Translations under genes and position numbers: made by a program
Notes under the pieces: model-generated
Told to the model about the DNA's origin: nothing
What the model saw: only the letters and a program-made list of their open reading frames with translations
Databases searched by the model: none
Source: Obrimoposthia wandeli
Taxonomy: Eukaryota
Assembly: GCA_977020255.1 (NCBI GenBank)
Contig: CDROCS010001101.1
Span: 496,001-560,000 of the forward strand
Direction: 5' to 3'
Length of the DNA stretch: 64,000 bases
Part shown: piece after piece, positions 20,859 to 29,770 of the stretch
How positions within the stretch are numbered: position 1 is the first letter of the stretch
Layout of the letters: each line of letters opens with the position of its first letter

Positions 20859-21667
20859 ACACTACGCATAGAGATAAACTGCGGTTTAAATAGAAAGCCT
20901 TGGGCATAATCAATATTTAAAGCTTTTGCAAACACTAAGTCATCATTTGTTTCGACCCCCTCCAAAATCGTTTGTTTACCTGCAGCTTTAGCATAAGCAA
21001 CCAAGGCTCTAATCAATAATAAAAATTTTGCGTTATGCTTATTCAATACAACAAAACGATCAAATTTAATAAAATTAACTTGCTCTAATACTGCAGTTGA
21101 AAGCATCGACTGTTCGTTACAGACATCATCAATTGCAGTTCTTATATTGTATGACGCCATTAACTTGATCATGTTAAGACTCATTTTAGCATCGATTATC
21201 TCGGAGTTTTCAATCAGCTCTACAACTACCTCATTGTTTTTATGATCTAAAAACAACTGAATGAAAGGATTCAATTCTTTCGCTGTTAGCGACTGATCTG
21301 CAAGATCATCACCATAAGCAAAATAAGAATCTTGATCTAAGTTAACGAATAATTTGAAGTTTTTCGGGGCATGTTGAAGCTGTAATCTTTTCTGTGCGAA
21401 TTCAACTTGAAATAATGACAACGGGTTGTCATGTAAAGCCTTATATACTTGGTCTGGGGGAATGGCATTATTTTTACTATCATAAAAACGTGATAATGCT
21501 TCATAGGCAAATATTTCAAGAGTATCAAGCGCTATGATAGGTTGGTATTCAACACCATAATTCTCTGATTTTAAAATATATAATAGTAATTTAGGTGGTA
21601 GAACTGGCGCTATACTAGTCAAATCCGTTAACTCTAGCTTAAAGACAATCAAGTATACTAACACCAT
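20849..21667 (-). CDS. Stand-alone EAL-domain protein (exact start uncertain)
   Basis: EYQPI, YEALSRF, LFVNL, ELIE, AIDD, IKFD, LEGVE, QGF motifs; loop 6 DDVCNEQS is degenerate. Confidence 0.85.
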   Translation of the reverse strand: MVLVYLIVFKLELTDLTSIAPVLPPKLLLYILKSENYGVEYQPIIALDTLEIFAYEALSRFYDSKNNAIPPDQVYKALHDNPLSLFQVEFAQKRLQLQHAPKNFKLFVNLDQDSYFAYGDDLADQSLTAKELNPFIQLFLDHKNNEVVVELIENSEIIDAKMSLNMIKLMASYNIRTAIDDVCNEQSMLSTAVLEQVNFIKFDRFVVLNKHNAKFLLLIRALVAYAKAAGKQTILEGVETNDDLVFAKALNIDYAQGFLFKPQFISMRSVGS

Positions 21668-21669
21668 AT

Positions 21670-21688
21670 ACTAATGATTCTCAATATC
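21670..21688 (-). promoter_or_regulatory. Fur box immediately upstream of EAL gene
   Basis: Minus strand GATATTGAGAATCATTAGT, 15/19 to GATAATGATAATCATTATC. Confidence 0.7.
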
Positions 21689-21730
21689 ATCTTTAAGCTC
21701 GAAATTTGTAAAAGAGTGATGACGGCCACA

Positions 21731-21775
21731 AAAAAGGCCTTCAGCATTGTTTTATACAATACTGAAGGCCTTTTT
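21731..21775 (-). terminator. Terminator of the norspermidine operon
   Basis: AAAAAGGCCTTCAGCATTGT-tttat-ACAATACTGAAGGCCTTTTT. Confidence 0.9.
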
Positions 21776-21834
21776 ATTAAACGCTGAATTATTAAACTCT
21801 GAATTATTAACAGTTAAGCTATTTAGTCATTAAC

Positions 21835-23349
21835 CTAAGCAACTGAATTAATTGCATCCGTTAAGATAGCCACAACCACATCGATCTCTTCCGGTTGAAT
21901 AATCAGTGGTGGTAACATACGGATAGTCGAACCAAAACGCCCGCCTAATTCGATAATCAAACCACGACGTAATGCCGCTTGTTGAATCGCTTTTGCGCGC
22001 ACGCCATCTTGTGGCAAGTTACCTAGCACATCACGTGTACCATTAGGATCAACAATCTCGATACCTAACATCAAACCACGACCACGAATATCACCAATAA
22101 CAGTTGAGTCAATCGCTTCTAAATCATGCTTTAACTTCGCGCCCATTGCACCAGCATGCAGATGTAATTGGTTTTCAGCAAGGTGGCGCATAACCACCAT
22201 GCCTGATGCCATTGCCAGTTGGTTACCACGGAATGTTCCCGCGTGTGCACCTGGCTGCCATTTATCAAAATCACTGTGATACACAATCGCAGCTAACGGT
22301 TGACCGCCGCCTAACGCTTTAGATACCACGATAACATCTGGTTCAATGTCTGCATGTTCAAATGCAAATACTTTACCCGTTCGACCCATTCCCGCTTGAA
22401 TTTCATCAATAATAAGTACGATGCCGTGACGTTTAGTGATATCACGTAAACCGCGTAACCAAGTTGGATCTGCCGGTAATGAACCCGCTTCACCCTGCAC
22501 TGCTTCAACGATAATTGCCGCAGGTTTAGCAACGCCAGATTCCGGATCTGTTAGCATAGTTTCTAACTGGTAAAGACTGGCTTTAATACCTGTCTCACCT
22601 AAGCCATAAGGACAGCGAGGTGCATACGGGAATGGCATGATTTGCACATCCGCGCCCGTCATGCTTAATGCAGATTTAGGCCCTAAGTTACCCATCATCG
22701 CTAATGCGCCATGCGTCATGCCGTGATAAGCACCCGAGAATGCTAAAATAGAACGACGACCAGTGGCAATTTTAGCCAGCTTTAACGCCGCTTCAACTGC
22801 ATCTGAACCACAAGGGCTACACATTTGAATACGTGCATTAGCAGCCATGTTACCCGGCAGCAGATCCAATAACTGCGTCATAAACTGATCTTTGACTGGC
22901 GTCATCAGATCTAACGTTTGCATTGGCACTTCTGACTGTACAGCTTCTATCAAGGCCGCTGTTACATCGGGGTGGCTATGACCCAAGGCTAACGTGCCTG
23001 CAGCAGCTAAACAATCAATAAAGATCTGTTGCTGAGTATCTTCAACAAAGATACCTTGGCCGCGTTTTAACGCAAATGGCAAACGACGCGGATAGCTGCG
23101 AGCATTTGACTCACGCTGTTCTTGGCGTTGTAAATAGCTATTAGTCGCTAGCACACGTGCTGGCTGACTAAGAAACGAATCCAAGTTTAACGCGGTAGGC
23201 ATTGCTGCGCGCGTCACTGGTTTATCGTTATTCATTTCAGTCACATAATTTAAAACTTCGCTCACGTCGTTTTCAACCTTCTTTGAACTTTTATTCATAA
23301 TTGCCACCCTGTGAAAGGTATCATTCATATTGTTGCTGACACTCGGCAA
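21835..23349 (-). CDS. dat: L-2,4-diaminobutyrate:2-oxoglutarate aminotransferase (real start possibly ATG at 23298)
   Basis: ESNARSYPRRLP, DCLAAAGTLALGH, IDEIQAGMGRTG, SKALGGG, GAHAGTFRGNQLAM (class III aminotransferase). Confidence 0.88.
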   Translation of the reverse strand: MPSVSNNMNDTFHRVAIMNKSSKKVENDVSEVLNYVTEMNNDKPVTRAAMPTALNLDSFLSQPARVLATNSYLQRQEQRESNARSYPRRLPFALKRGQGIFVEDTQQQIFIDCLAAAGTLALGHSHPDVTAALIEAVQSEVPMQTLDLMTPVKDQFMTQLLDLLPGNMAANARIQMCSPCGSDAVEAALKLAKIATGRRSILAFSGAYHGMTHGALAMMGNLGPKSALSMTGADVQIMPFPYAPRCPYGLGETGIKASLYQLETMLTDPESGVAKPAAIIVEAVQGEAGSLPADPTWLRGLRDITKRHGIVLIIDEIQAGMGRTGKVFAFEHADIEPDVIVVSKALGGGQPLAAIVYHSDFDKWQPGAHAGTFRGNQLAMASGMVVMRHLAENQLHLHAGAMGAKLKHDLEAIDSTVIGDIRGRGLMLGIEIVDPNGTRDVLGNLPQDGVRAKAIQQAALRRGLIIELGGRFGSTIRMLPPLIIQPEEIDVVVAILTDAINSVA

Positions 23350-23351
23350 GA

Positions 23352-24503
23352 TTAAGCTTTGCCCAAGGTCGCCTTGAAATCCTGATAATCAAACTGATTC
23401 AGGGTTTCTATTTTACCTTCAACACGTTTACCGTTAGCGTCGTCAATCGCCGCTCGTTGAAAATAAATGCTTGGCATTTTTAGGCCATTGAACCAGTTCA
23501 GTTTCACCATGGTGTAACCGGCTGAATCTTTAATGGTTAAACGATCGCCGACTTGTAATGGCTGTGGGAAATTGGCTTCACCAAATATATCCCCCGCCAA
23601 ACATGAACAGCTGCCAATGATATAAGGGTATTCACCCTCTGCCGTTGCTTCCACAAAACTCGCAGGTTCGTTATAGATAAGCGTATCTAAACGATGTGCT
23701 TCAGTTGCACTGTCTACGATTGCGGTTTTCTTATCATTTTCAACAACGTCTAATACCGATACTACTAGGTCAGTGGTATCCGTGATAACCGCTTCACCCG
23801 GTTCAAGATACAACTGCACTTGGTGTTTTTCAGCAAAAGCTTTCAGTGCTAATGCTAATTCAGCCACTGGATAACCAGGGTAAGTAAAGAACAACCCACC
23901 ACCCAAACTAACCCAAGATACTTGATCTAAGTGCGCCGAAAACTGTTCTGAAATTGTGTTAAGGATGCTGTTATAAGCAACAAAATCCTTGTTTTCACAA
24001 TTCATGTGGAACATCAAACCATCAAGTTTAGCCACAGTTTCAGTTGTTAGACCCGCTTTTTTAACACCTAAGCGTGAATAAGCACGTGCAGGATCAGCAA
24101 GATCCTGCCCTGCATAACTCACTTCAGGATTAATGCGTAAGCCCACACTGCTTGAAACAGGTAACAAAGGCTGCATACGTTCCAGTTGTGATACCGAATT
24201 AAAAATAATCTTGTCGGCAATATCACGTACCGCAATCACGTCATCTTCGCTGTAACCCACGCTATAAGCATGTGTTTCACCGGGAAACGTCTCGTGGCCT
24301 AACTGTACTTCATACGGGCCACTGCTGGTTGTACCGTCTAAATATTTACTGATGGTCTCGAATGTTCCCCATGTAGAGAAACACTTCAACGCTAACACCA
24401 ATTTTACATTCGATAGATCTTTTAACTGCTTGCAGATCTCAAGATTACGTAGCAATTTATCTTCATGGATCATGAAGTACGGCGTTTTAAGCGGCGCCGA
24501 CAT
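23352..24503 (-). CDS. nspC: Carboxynorspermidine decarboxylase
   Basis: [48 protein letters not shown]; ATG overlaps the upstream TAA (TAATG at 24501-24505). Confidence 0.93.
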   Translation of the reverse strand: MSAPLKTPYFMIHEDKLLRNLEICKQLKDLSNVKLVLALKCFSTWGTFETISKYLDGTTSSGPYEVQLGHETFPGETHAYSVGYSEDDVIAVRDIADKIIFNSVSQLERMQPLLPVSSSVGLRINPEVSYAGQDLADPARAYSRLGVKKAGLTTETVAKLDGLMFHMNCENKDFVAYNSILNTISEQFSAHLDQVSWVSLGGGLFFTYPGYPVAELALALKAFAEKHQVQLYLEPGEAVITDTTDLVVSVLDVVENDKKTAIVDSATEAHRLDTLIYNEPASFVEATAEGEYPYIIGSCSCLAGDIFGEANFPQPLQVGDRLTIKDSAGYTMVKLNWFNGLKMPSIYFQRAAIDDANGKRVEGKIETLNQFDYQDFKATLGKA

Positions 24504-25723
24504 TACTCGCAGTCCAGCTCTTGAACTTCCCATGTTAGACCGATGCGTGGCATCAATTCTAAGAAGTCATCTGGGTTAAGCTGTTCTACGTTGAACAAAC
24601 CAACATCGCTCCACTTACCTTGGAAGTAAAGTAGTGCTGCAGTGATTGCAGGAACGCCAGTTGTGTAAGAAATCGCTTGATGCTCAACTTCTTTGTATGC
24701 TTCTTCGTGGTCACAGATGTTGTATACGAATACGCTACGTGGTTTGCCAGCTTTAGTACCACGAACCCATGTACCGATACATGTTTTGCCCGTGTAACCA
24801 GCTGCTAATGAAGTTGGATCTGGTAAGATCGCTTTTAATACTTTCAGTGGTTCAACCGTAATACCGTCAGTAGTAGTAACAGGCACTTGGCTTAATAAAC
24901 CAATGTCGCGCATTACGTTGAAGTATTTAAGGTAGTTATCCGAGAAACCCATCCAGAATTCAATACGTTTTGCAGGAATGAATTCTGCTAATGAACGTAC
25001 TTCATCGTGCGCCATTGAGTAAACTTTTTGCTGACCAACAACTGGGAAATCAAATTCCATTACGCGGCTGTGGCAAGGCACTTGATGCCATTCTTTGTTC
25101 TCAAAGTAGAACGAGTCACCTAAGATCTCTAACATGTTCGTTTCTGGATCAAAGTTCGTTGCAAAGCGTTGACCGTGATCACCCGCGTTTACATCCATTA
25201 CGTCGATGCTGTCGATTTCATCGAATAAATGCTTGTATGCATATGTTGCGAATACGCTTACTACGCCTGGATCAAAACCAGCACCCAGAATACCTGTGAT
25301 ACCCGCTTTTACGAAGTCTTCACGGAATGCCCATTGTGGGTCGTAAGCTTCAGGTACTTGCTGACCTTCGCTGCATAAATCAGTTGCAACAGATGTGTCT
25401 AGGTAAGCAGTTTTAGTCGCTACACATGCAGCCATGATCGCTACGTTAACCCACGGAGGACCGGCATTGATTACTAGGTCTGGATTAATTTCTTCGATAA
25501 GTGCAATCAGTTCATCTTTGTTATCTACGTTGATTTGACGTGATATCAAGCTGCGAGTCTTGTCTTTTAAGTTGTCGCGGTGATGAACACTAGTGATGAT
25601 CTTGTCACATTTAGCGATTGTGCGTGATGCGATTGTAATGTCACCAAACACGTCATTGTTTTGAGCACATTTATGCGCAATAACCCAACCAACACCACCA
25701 GCACCAATTTGTAATACAGACAT
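24503..25723 (-). CDS. Carboxynorspermidine dehydrogenase/synthase (CANSDH, saccharopine dehydrogenase family)
   Basis: [54 protein letters not shown]. Confidence 0.92.
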   Translation of the reverse strand: MSVLQIGAGGVGWVIAHKCAQNNDVFGDITIASRTIAKCDKIITSVHHRDNLKDKTRSLISRQINVDNKDELIALIEEINPDLVINAGPPWVNVAIMAACVATKTAYLDTSVATDLCSEGQQVPEAYDPQWAFREDFVKAGITGILGAGFDPGVVSVFATYAYKHLFDEIDSIDVMDVNAGDHGQRFATNFDPETNMLEILGDSFYFENKEWHQVPCHSRVMEFDFPVVGQQKVYSMAHDEVRSLAEFIPAKRIEFWMGFSDNYLKYFNVMRDIGLLSQVPVTTTDGITVEPLKVLKAILPDPTSLAAGYTGKTCIGTWVRGTKAGKPRSVFVYNICDHEEAYKEVEHQAISYTTGVPAITAALLYFQGKWSDVGLFNVEQLNPDDFLELMPRIGLTWEVQELDCE

Positions 25724-25860
25724 ATCTATTCCTTAAACTTATTCTTTAATTGTTATTTTATAAATGGCTGATCTATTCGAAACACATCAACCACTGTTCT
25801 ATTTATTTCTAAACCTATTTATTTCTAAATGACTTTAAGCTGCTTTCTATAAACTTTAAG

Positions 25861-27405
25861 CTATTTGATATAATCTTGCTCTGTAGCAAAGTCAGCTATC
25901 TTGCTAAACAAACTTTCAAAATCACTGAGCTGTAAACACGGATTCAGAATCGTCAGTTTTAGACAGGTATAACCATTAATTTTTGTTTCGCCTAATACCG
26001 CCTGCCCTGCTGTTAACAGATCTAAACGTAAACGCTGATTGATCATGCTGATCTGTTCTTCACGCTCAGTGCTTACATCGCTGCTTGTTATTAGATTGTT
26101 ATATCTGAACAACACAGTACTTAGTTGTGGCTGAGCCAATAATTCAAACTTGTCTGTTGCAATCACTAACGCGCCGACATCTTGAGTCAGGCTAATGAGG
26201 TGGTCGTACATCGCACCAAATTTATCGGTACCCAAAGCTTGCATAGACATAAGCAGCTTCAACGCATCAAAACGTTTAGTCGTGGCAATTGATTTGTCTA
26301 CCAAGTTTGGTAATTCATCAGTTTCACGATTTAAGTAATCAGCGTGATGTAATAAGTATTTAAAGTTGTGGTTATCACGGATCAACAATGCACCACAGCT
26401 AATCGGTTGGAAGAACAACTTGTGGAAATCAGTACTGATCGAATCCGCCAGTTCTACTCCCGCCAAACGGTCTTTGTGTGAGCTTAGGATCAATGCACCG
26501 CCATATGCCCCATCAACGTGGAACCACATATTATGTTGCTCACTAATCGCCGCAATCGCTTGTAAGTCATCAATCGCGCCAAGGTCAGTGGTCCCGGCAG
26601 TACCAACAACACAGAATGGCATCAAGTCTTGTGACTGTAAGTCAGCAATCGTTGCATTCAGTGCGTTAATGTCTAAACAACCAAACTCGTCAGTCGCGAC
26701 AGTAACCACGGCTCGTTCACCCAATCCCATTAACGAGGCTGATTTTTGCACGGTAAAATGGCTGGTGTGTGAACATAGAATACGTAATTTTTTCGCGTAA
26801 CTTGGTAAACCATCTTTCTGAACGCTTTCACCTGAGATTTGCTCGACAGCGCGATCGCGTGCCAACAACAAACCCATTAAGTTACTTTGCGTGCCACCAC
26901 TGGTGAATACACCATCAGCGCCGTTATTTGTCGCTGATTGCACAAGGTCATAACCAAACAATTCACATAACCAATCTGTCATTTTCTGTTCTACGTAAGT
27001 AGCAGAAGACGCTTGGTCCCATGAATCCATTGATTGATTTAGTGCCGATATAATTGTTTCAGCAGCCAATGCCGGAATTAACGGTGGCGTGTGTAGATGG
27101 GCAATACAATGCGGATGCTGAACAATAATCGAGTTTTTGCCGATAACGTTAACATTGTTAGTGATGATTTCAGCAAGCGGTGCAATCGGCGCTTTACCAA
27201 TTGGCATTGCCATAATTTGCTCATTCAACGTTGCAGGTTCTAGCCCTGAATACGGCGCATCAACAGCGGTAAACATCGCTGATAATTCGCGGGCAGAATG
27301 CTCGATAGCGTTAAGGTAATGTGGTTGTGCTTTAGGATCTAACTGTACGAATACATCAGACCAATCACTGTTGTTATTTGAGTTGTTATTTGGATTTTTC
27401 ATCAT
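25861..27405 (-). CDS. ddc: L-2,4-diaminobutyrate decarboxylase (group II PLP enzyme)
   Basis: HPHCIAHLHTPP, SWDQ, GVFTSGGTQSNLMG, HVDGAYGG, DFHKLFFQPISCG, TTKRFDALK. Confidence 0.88.
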   Translation of the reverse strand: MMKNPNNNSNNNSDWSDVFVQLDPKAQPHYLNAIEHSARELSAMFTAVDAPYSGLEPATLNEQIMAMPIGKAPIAPLAEIITNNVNVIGKNSIIVQHPHCIAHLHTPPLIPALAAETIISALNQSMDSWDQASSATYVEQKMTDWLCELFGYDLVQSATNNGADGVFTSGGTQSNLMGLLLARDRAVEQISGESVQKDGLPSYAKKLRILCSHTSHFTVQKSASLMGLGERAVVTVATDEFGCLDINALNATIADLQSQDLMPFCVVGTAGTTDLGAIDDLQAIAAISEQHNMWFHVDGAYGGALILSSHKDRLAGVELADSISTDFHKLFFQPISCGALLIRDNHNFKYLLHHADYLNRETDELPNLVDKSIATTKRFDALKLLMSMQALGTDKFGAMYDHLISLTQDVGALVIATDKFELLAQPQLSTVLFRYNNLITSSDVSTEREEQISMINQRLRLDLLTAGQAVLGETKINGYTCLKLTILNPCLQLSDFESLFSKIADFATEQDYIK

Positions 27406-27665
27406 TCTTCAAATTTTAAATAAAAAAATGCATATTCGAGAGCTTAATCGCGAGTCACACGCAAAATTAAATAAACGAACAGGTAAGCTGCGCAGGGCAA
27501 CAAATAGAAATGCTAAATTTTAGGCGAAGCTGTAAAGCGCTCGCGCTAATCAGAGATCAGAAGTACGGTAGGGAAATACGAAATGTGTGATTAATGATTT
27601 GTATCACTGTATTTTAAAGTCCATATAAAAAACAAAATAATCGAGTAGCTCGATTTAATGACGGC

Positions 27666-27694
27666 AATTTAATTTAAATGTTATCAAGATGCAA
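27666..27694 (-). promoter_or_regulatory. Sigma-70 promoter candidate for the ddc-cansdh-nspC-dat operon
   Basis: Minus strand TTGCAT-17 bp-TAAATT, about 260 nt upstream of the ddc ATG. Confidence 0.55.
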
Positions 27695-27879
27695 GTTTTT
27701 TATGTCACTTGTATTATAAATTAATCTGTAAATACAAGCTTGTTTGGTTATAACGACTATTCAACTAACAAACCATAAACATATTTAATGTTTCCAGCTA
27801 TTAAATAGCACCTAATTAGTGATACTAAATTTAAATGTAAAATTGGAATCGTTATCATGCTGATGCTTGTGTTAACTCA

Positions 27880-29004
27880 TTAACCCATTAACTCAAAACA
27901 ATACATTCCATCATGTTCTGCGTTAATACGGCTTTCTTGACCGTTAATAATAATGGCCAGTTTATGTGTCCCTAAATGAAAAACACGGGTACTAATCACT
28001 TTAAAACTTTGATGACGCGTTATCTGTTCTTGTGCATCCCCGGCAATAACACGTTCAGTGATTTTAAATACTTTTCGCGCCAAAGTTCCATTCTTCTTAA
28101 GATAATAAAGACCATATTCCAAACGTAACTTTTGTGGCATGTTACTGGTATTATTAATCGTGAAGTTAAACGTCAGCTTTTCCCCTACCTTTACAACCGG
28201 TGTCGTAATCGCCATCTCAGTTAGCGTGATCAAGTCTTGCTGAAAACCAAACAGCGCCATAATCTCTGGCTGGGCTTGCTTAAGTAATGTACGGCACGCA
28301 TGTTTAACTAATTTATCGGTGTGTTCGTTATCACCTAGCCATTGCGTTGCAATCTGTACCACAACCTCGCTGTTATCTTTAGCAATGTCATTAAGGTTAT
28401 TGGCTACACTGCGTCTCACCACTTCGCACTCGTCTTTTTTCAACGCGGTTAAAATAGGCAGTAAAGGAGTGGGATCATGTTTAAATTCCGGTAACGCCAT
28501 TGCCCACGGTAGTCGAGGCCGAGATCCTTCGCTAGCTAAGCGACGCACATGACGACTTTCGTGTTGCGTCCATGCCTGCAGTTGCACTAACATTTTCGTG
28601 GGATAACGTATAATGAATGGTCTAACGGCAAATTCACAACTGGTATATTGCGTTACATACTCAAAGGCATCTACCGCACAATCATAATCTTCAAGTCCAT
28701 ACATTTCGATATAAGCAGGCAGAAACATGTATTCAATACTTTGCTCTTTAATACCTTGAGCCCGTAACTCATCAATGATGCACTTTAGGGTAATGACTGC
28801 ACAATTAAAATCTAAAGGCATAAAATGATGTAGCACTTCAGCAGTATGATGCATACGCTGTTTAAGCTCATATCCGACAAAATGCTCGCTAAAGATCATC
28901 TGGTTAAATTTAACGGCATTAAACTCAGGTAGAACCTTACTCAACACGCCTGAAAATTGGTTATAAAATACAGGGCAATATATGTCTTTAAATAACTCAG
29001 CCAT
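27880..29004 (-). CDS. DNA alkylation repair family HEAT-repeat protein
   Basis: YELKQRM, TSCEFAVRPF, HVRRLASEGSRPRLPWA, VRRSVANNLNDIAKD motifs. Confidence 0.85.
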   Translation of the reverse strand: MAELFKDIYCPVFYNQFSGVLSKVLPEFNAVKFNQMIFSEHFVGYELKQRMHHTAEVLHHFMPLDFNCAVITLKCIIDELRAQGIKEQSIEYMFLPAYIEMYGLEDYDCAVDAFEYVTQYTSCEFAVRPFIIRYPTKMLVQLQAWTQHESRHVRRLASEGSRPRLPWAMALPEFKHDPTPLLPILTALKKDECEVVRRSVANNLNDIAKDNSEVVVQIATQWLGDNEHTDKLVKHACRTLLKQAQPEIMALFGFQQDLITLTEMAITTPVVKVGEKLTFNFTINNTSNMPQKLRLEYGLYYLKKNGTLARKVFKITERVIAGDAQEQITRHQSFKVISTRVFHLGTHKLAIIINGQESRINAEHDGMYCFELMG

Positions 29005-29164
29005 AAGTAAACTTCATCCTAATGTAATCAATAAATAATTGAATCGTGCGGTTATCCTGTGTATCTTGTTTTCATTATAAAATTAGAATGATTTCATCGT
29101 CAATAGTGATAACTATTTATGAGTAATTGGTGAGACATCAGTGAGTAAGCTTGGAGTATTTAAA

Positions 29165-29614
29165 ATGAACAGCATTGATACATTTGTAAAAAACTGGGGC
29201 AGTAAAAATGCCATGGTCCCAATAAATAGCCAAGATATTACAGAGCTTGAATCAAAATTAAATGGTATTTTACCCGACTCATACAAGTACTTAATATCTA
29301 CCTATGGTTTGGTGCACACACCAAATGTATTAACTAAGATTTGTGATTTAAATTCCGATGTTTCTGAAGTACAAGATTTCTTAAGCCTAGACGACGTCGC
29401 GTCATTATCACAGTTATATGAAATGAGCGGTATGCCCAAGGGCCATATCCTGTTTGCCTCTGATTGTAAGGGCAATATGTTCTGTTTCAAACTCAGCGAT
29501 TGCGCAACTCAACAAGCAGATGCCTCGGTATGGTTTTTTAATTATGCAGCAGGTACTGTTACCCTAGTATCAAACTCCTTCACCGAATGGCTAGAACAAT
29601 TTAATGAACTCTAG
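29165..29614 (+). CDS. SMI1/KNR4 (SUKH) family protein
   Basis: ELESKLNGILPDSYKYLISTYG, FASDCKGNMFCF, SFTEWLE; GGAG SD precedes ATG at 29165. Confidence 0.85.
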   Translation: MNSIDTFVKNWGSKNAMVPINSQDITELESKLNGILPDSYKYLISTYGLVHTPNVLTKICDLNSDVSEVQDFLSLDDVASLSQLYEMSGMPKGHILFASDCKGNMFCFKLSDCATQQADASVWFFNYAAGTVTLVSNSFTEWLEQFNEL

Positions 29615-29770
29615 CTATTAAGAGTCATCCACTTTAGCAGTTTTAATGGCAAGGCTGCTTTAAGTTACATAAACTTAACGAAGTAGAACGCTTAATATAA
29701 TGCACATATTGGTGATGCACCAACACAGCCGGGTCTTGATACTATTTAGCCCGCAAAAGGATCTCGAACA

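Noticed and set aside
21835-23349. dat as ectB (ectoine) or as a siderophore gene
   Set aside because: No ectA/ectC, IucA/IucC synthetase, monooxygenase or receptor nearby; context with cansdh and nspC indicates a polyamine pathway
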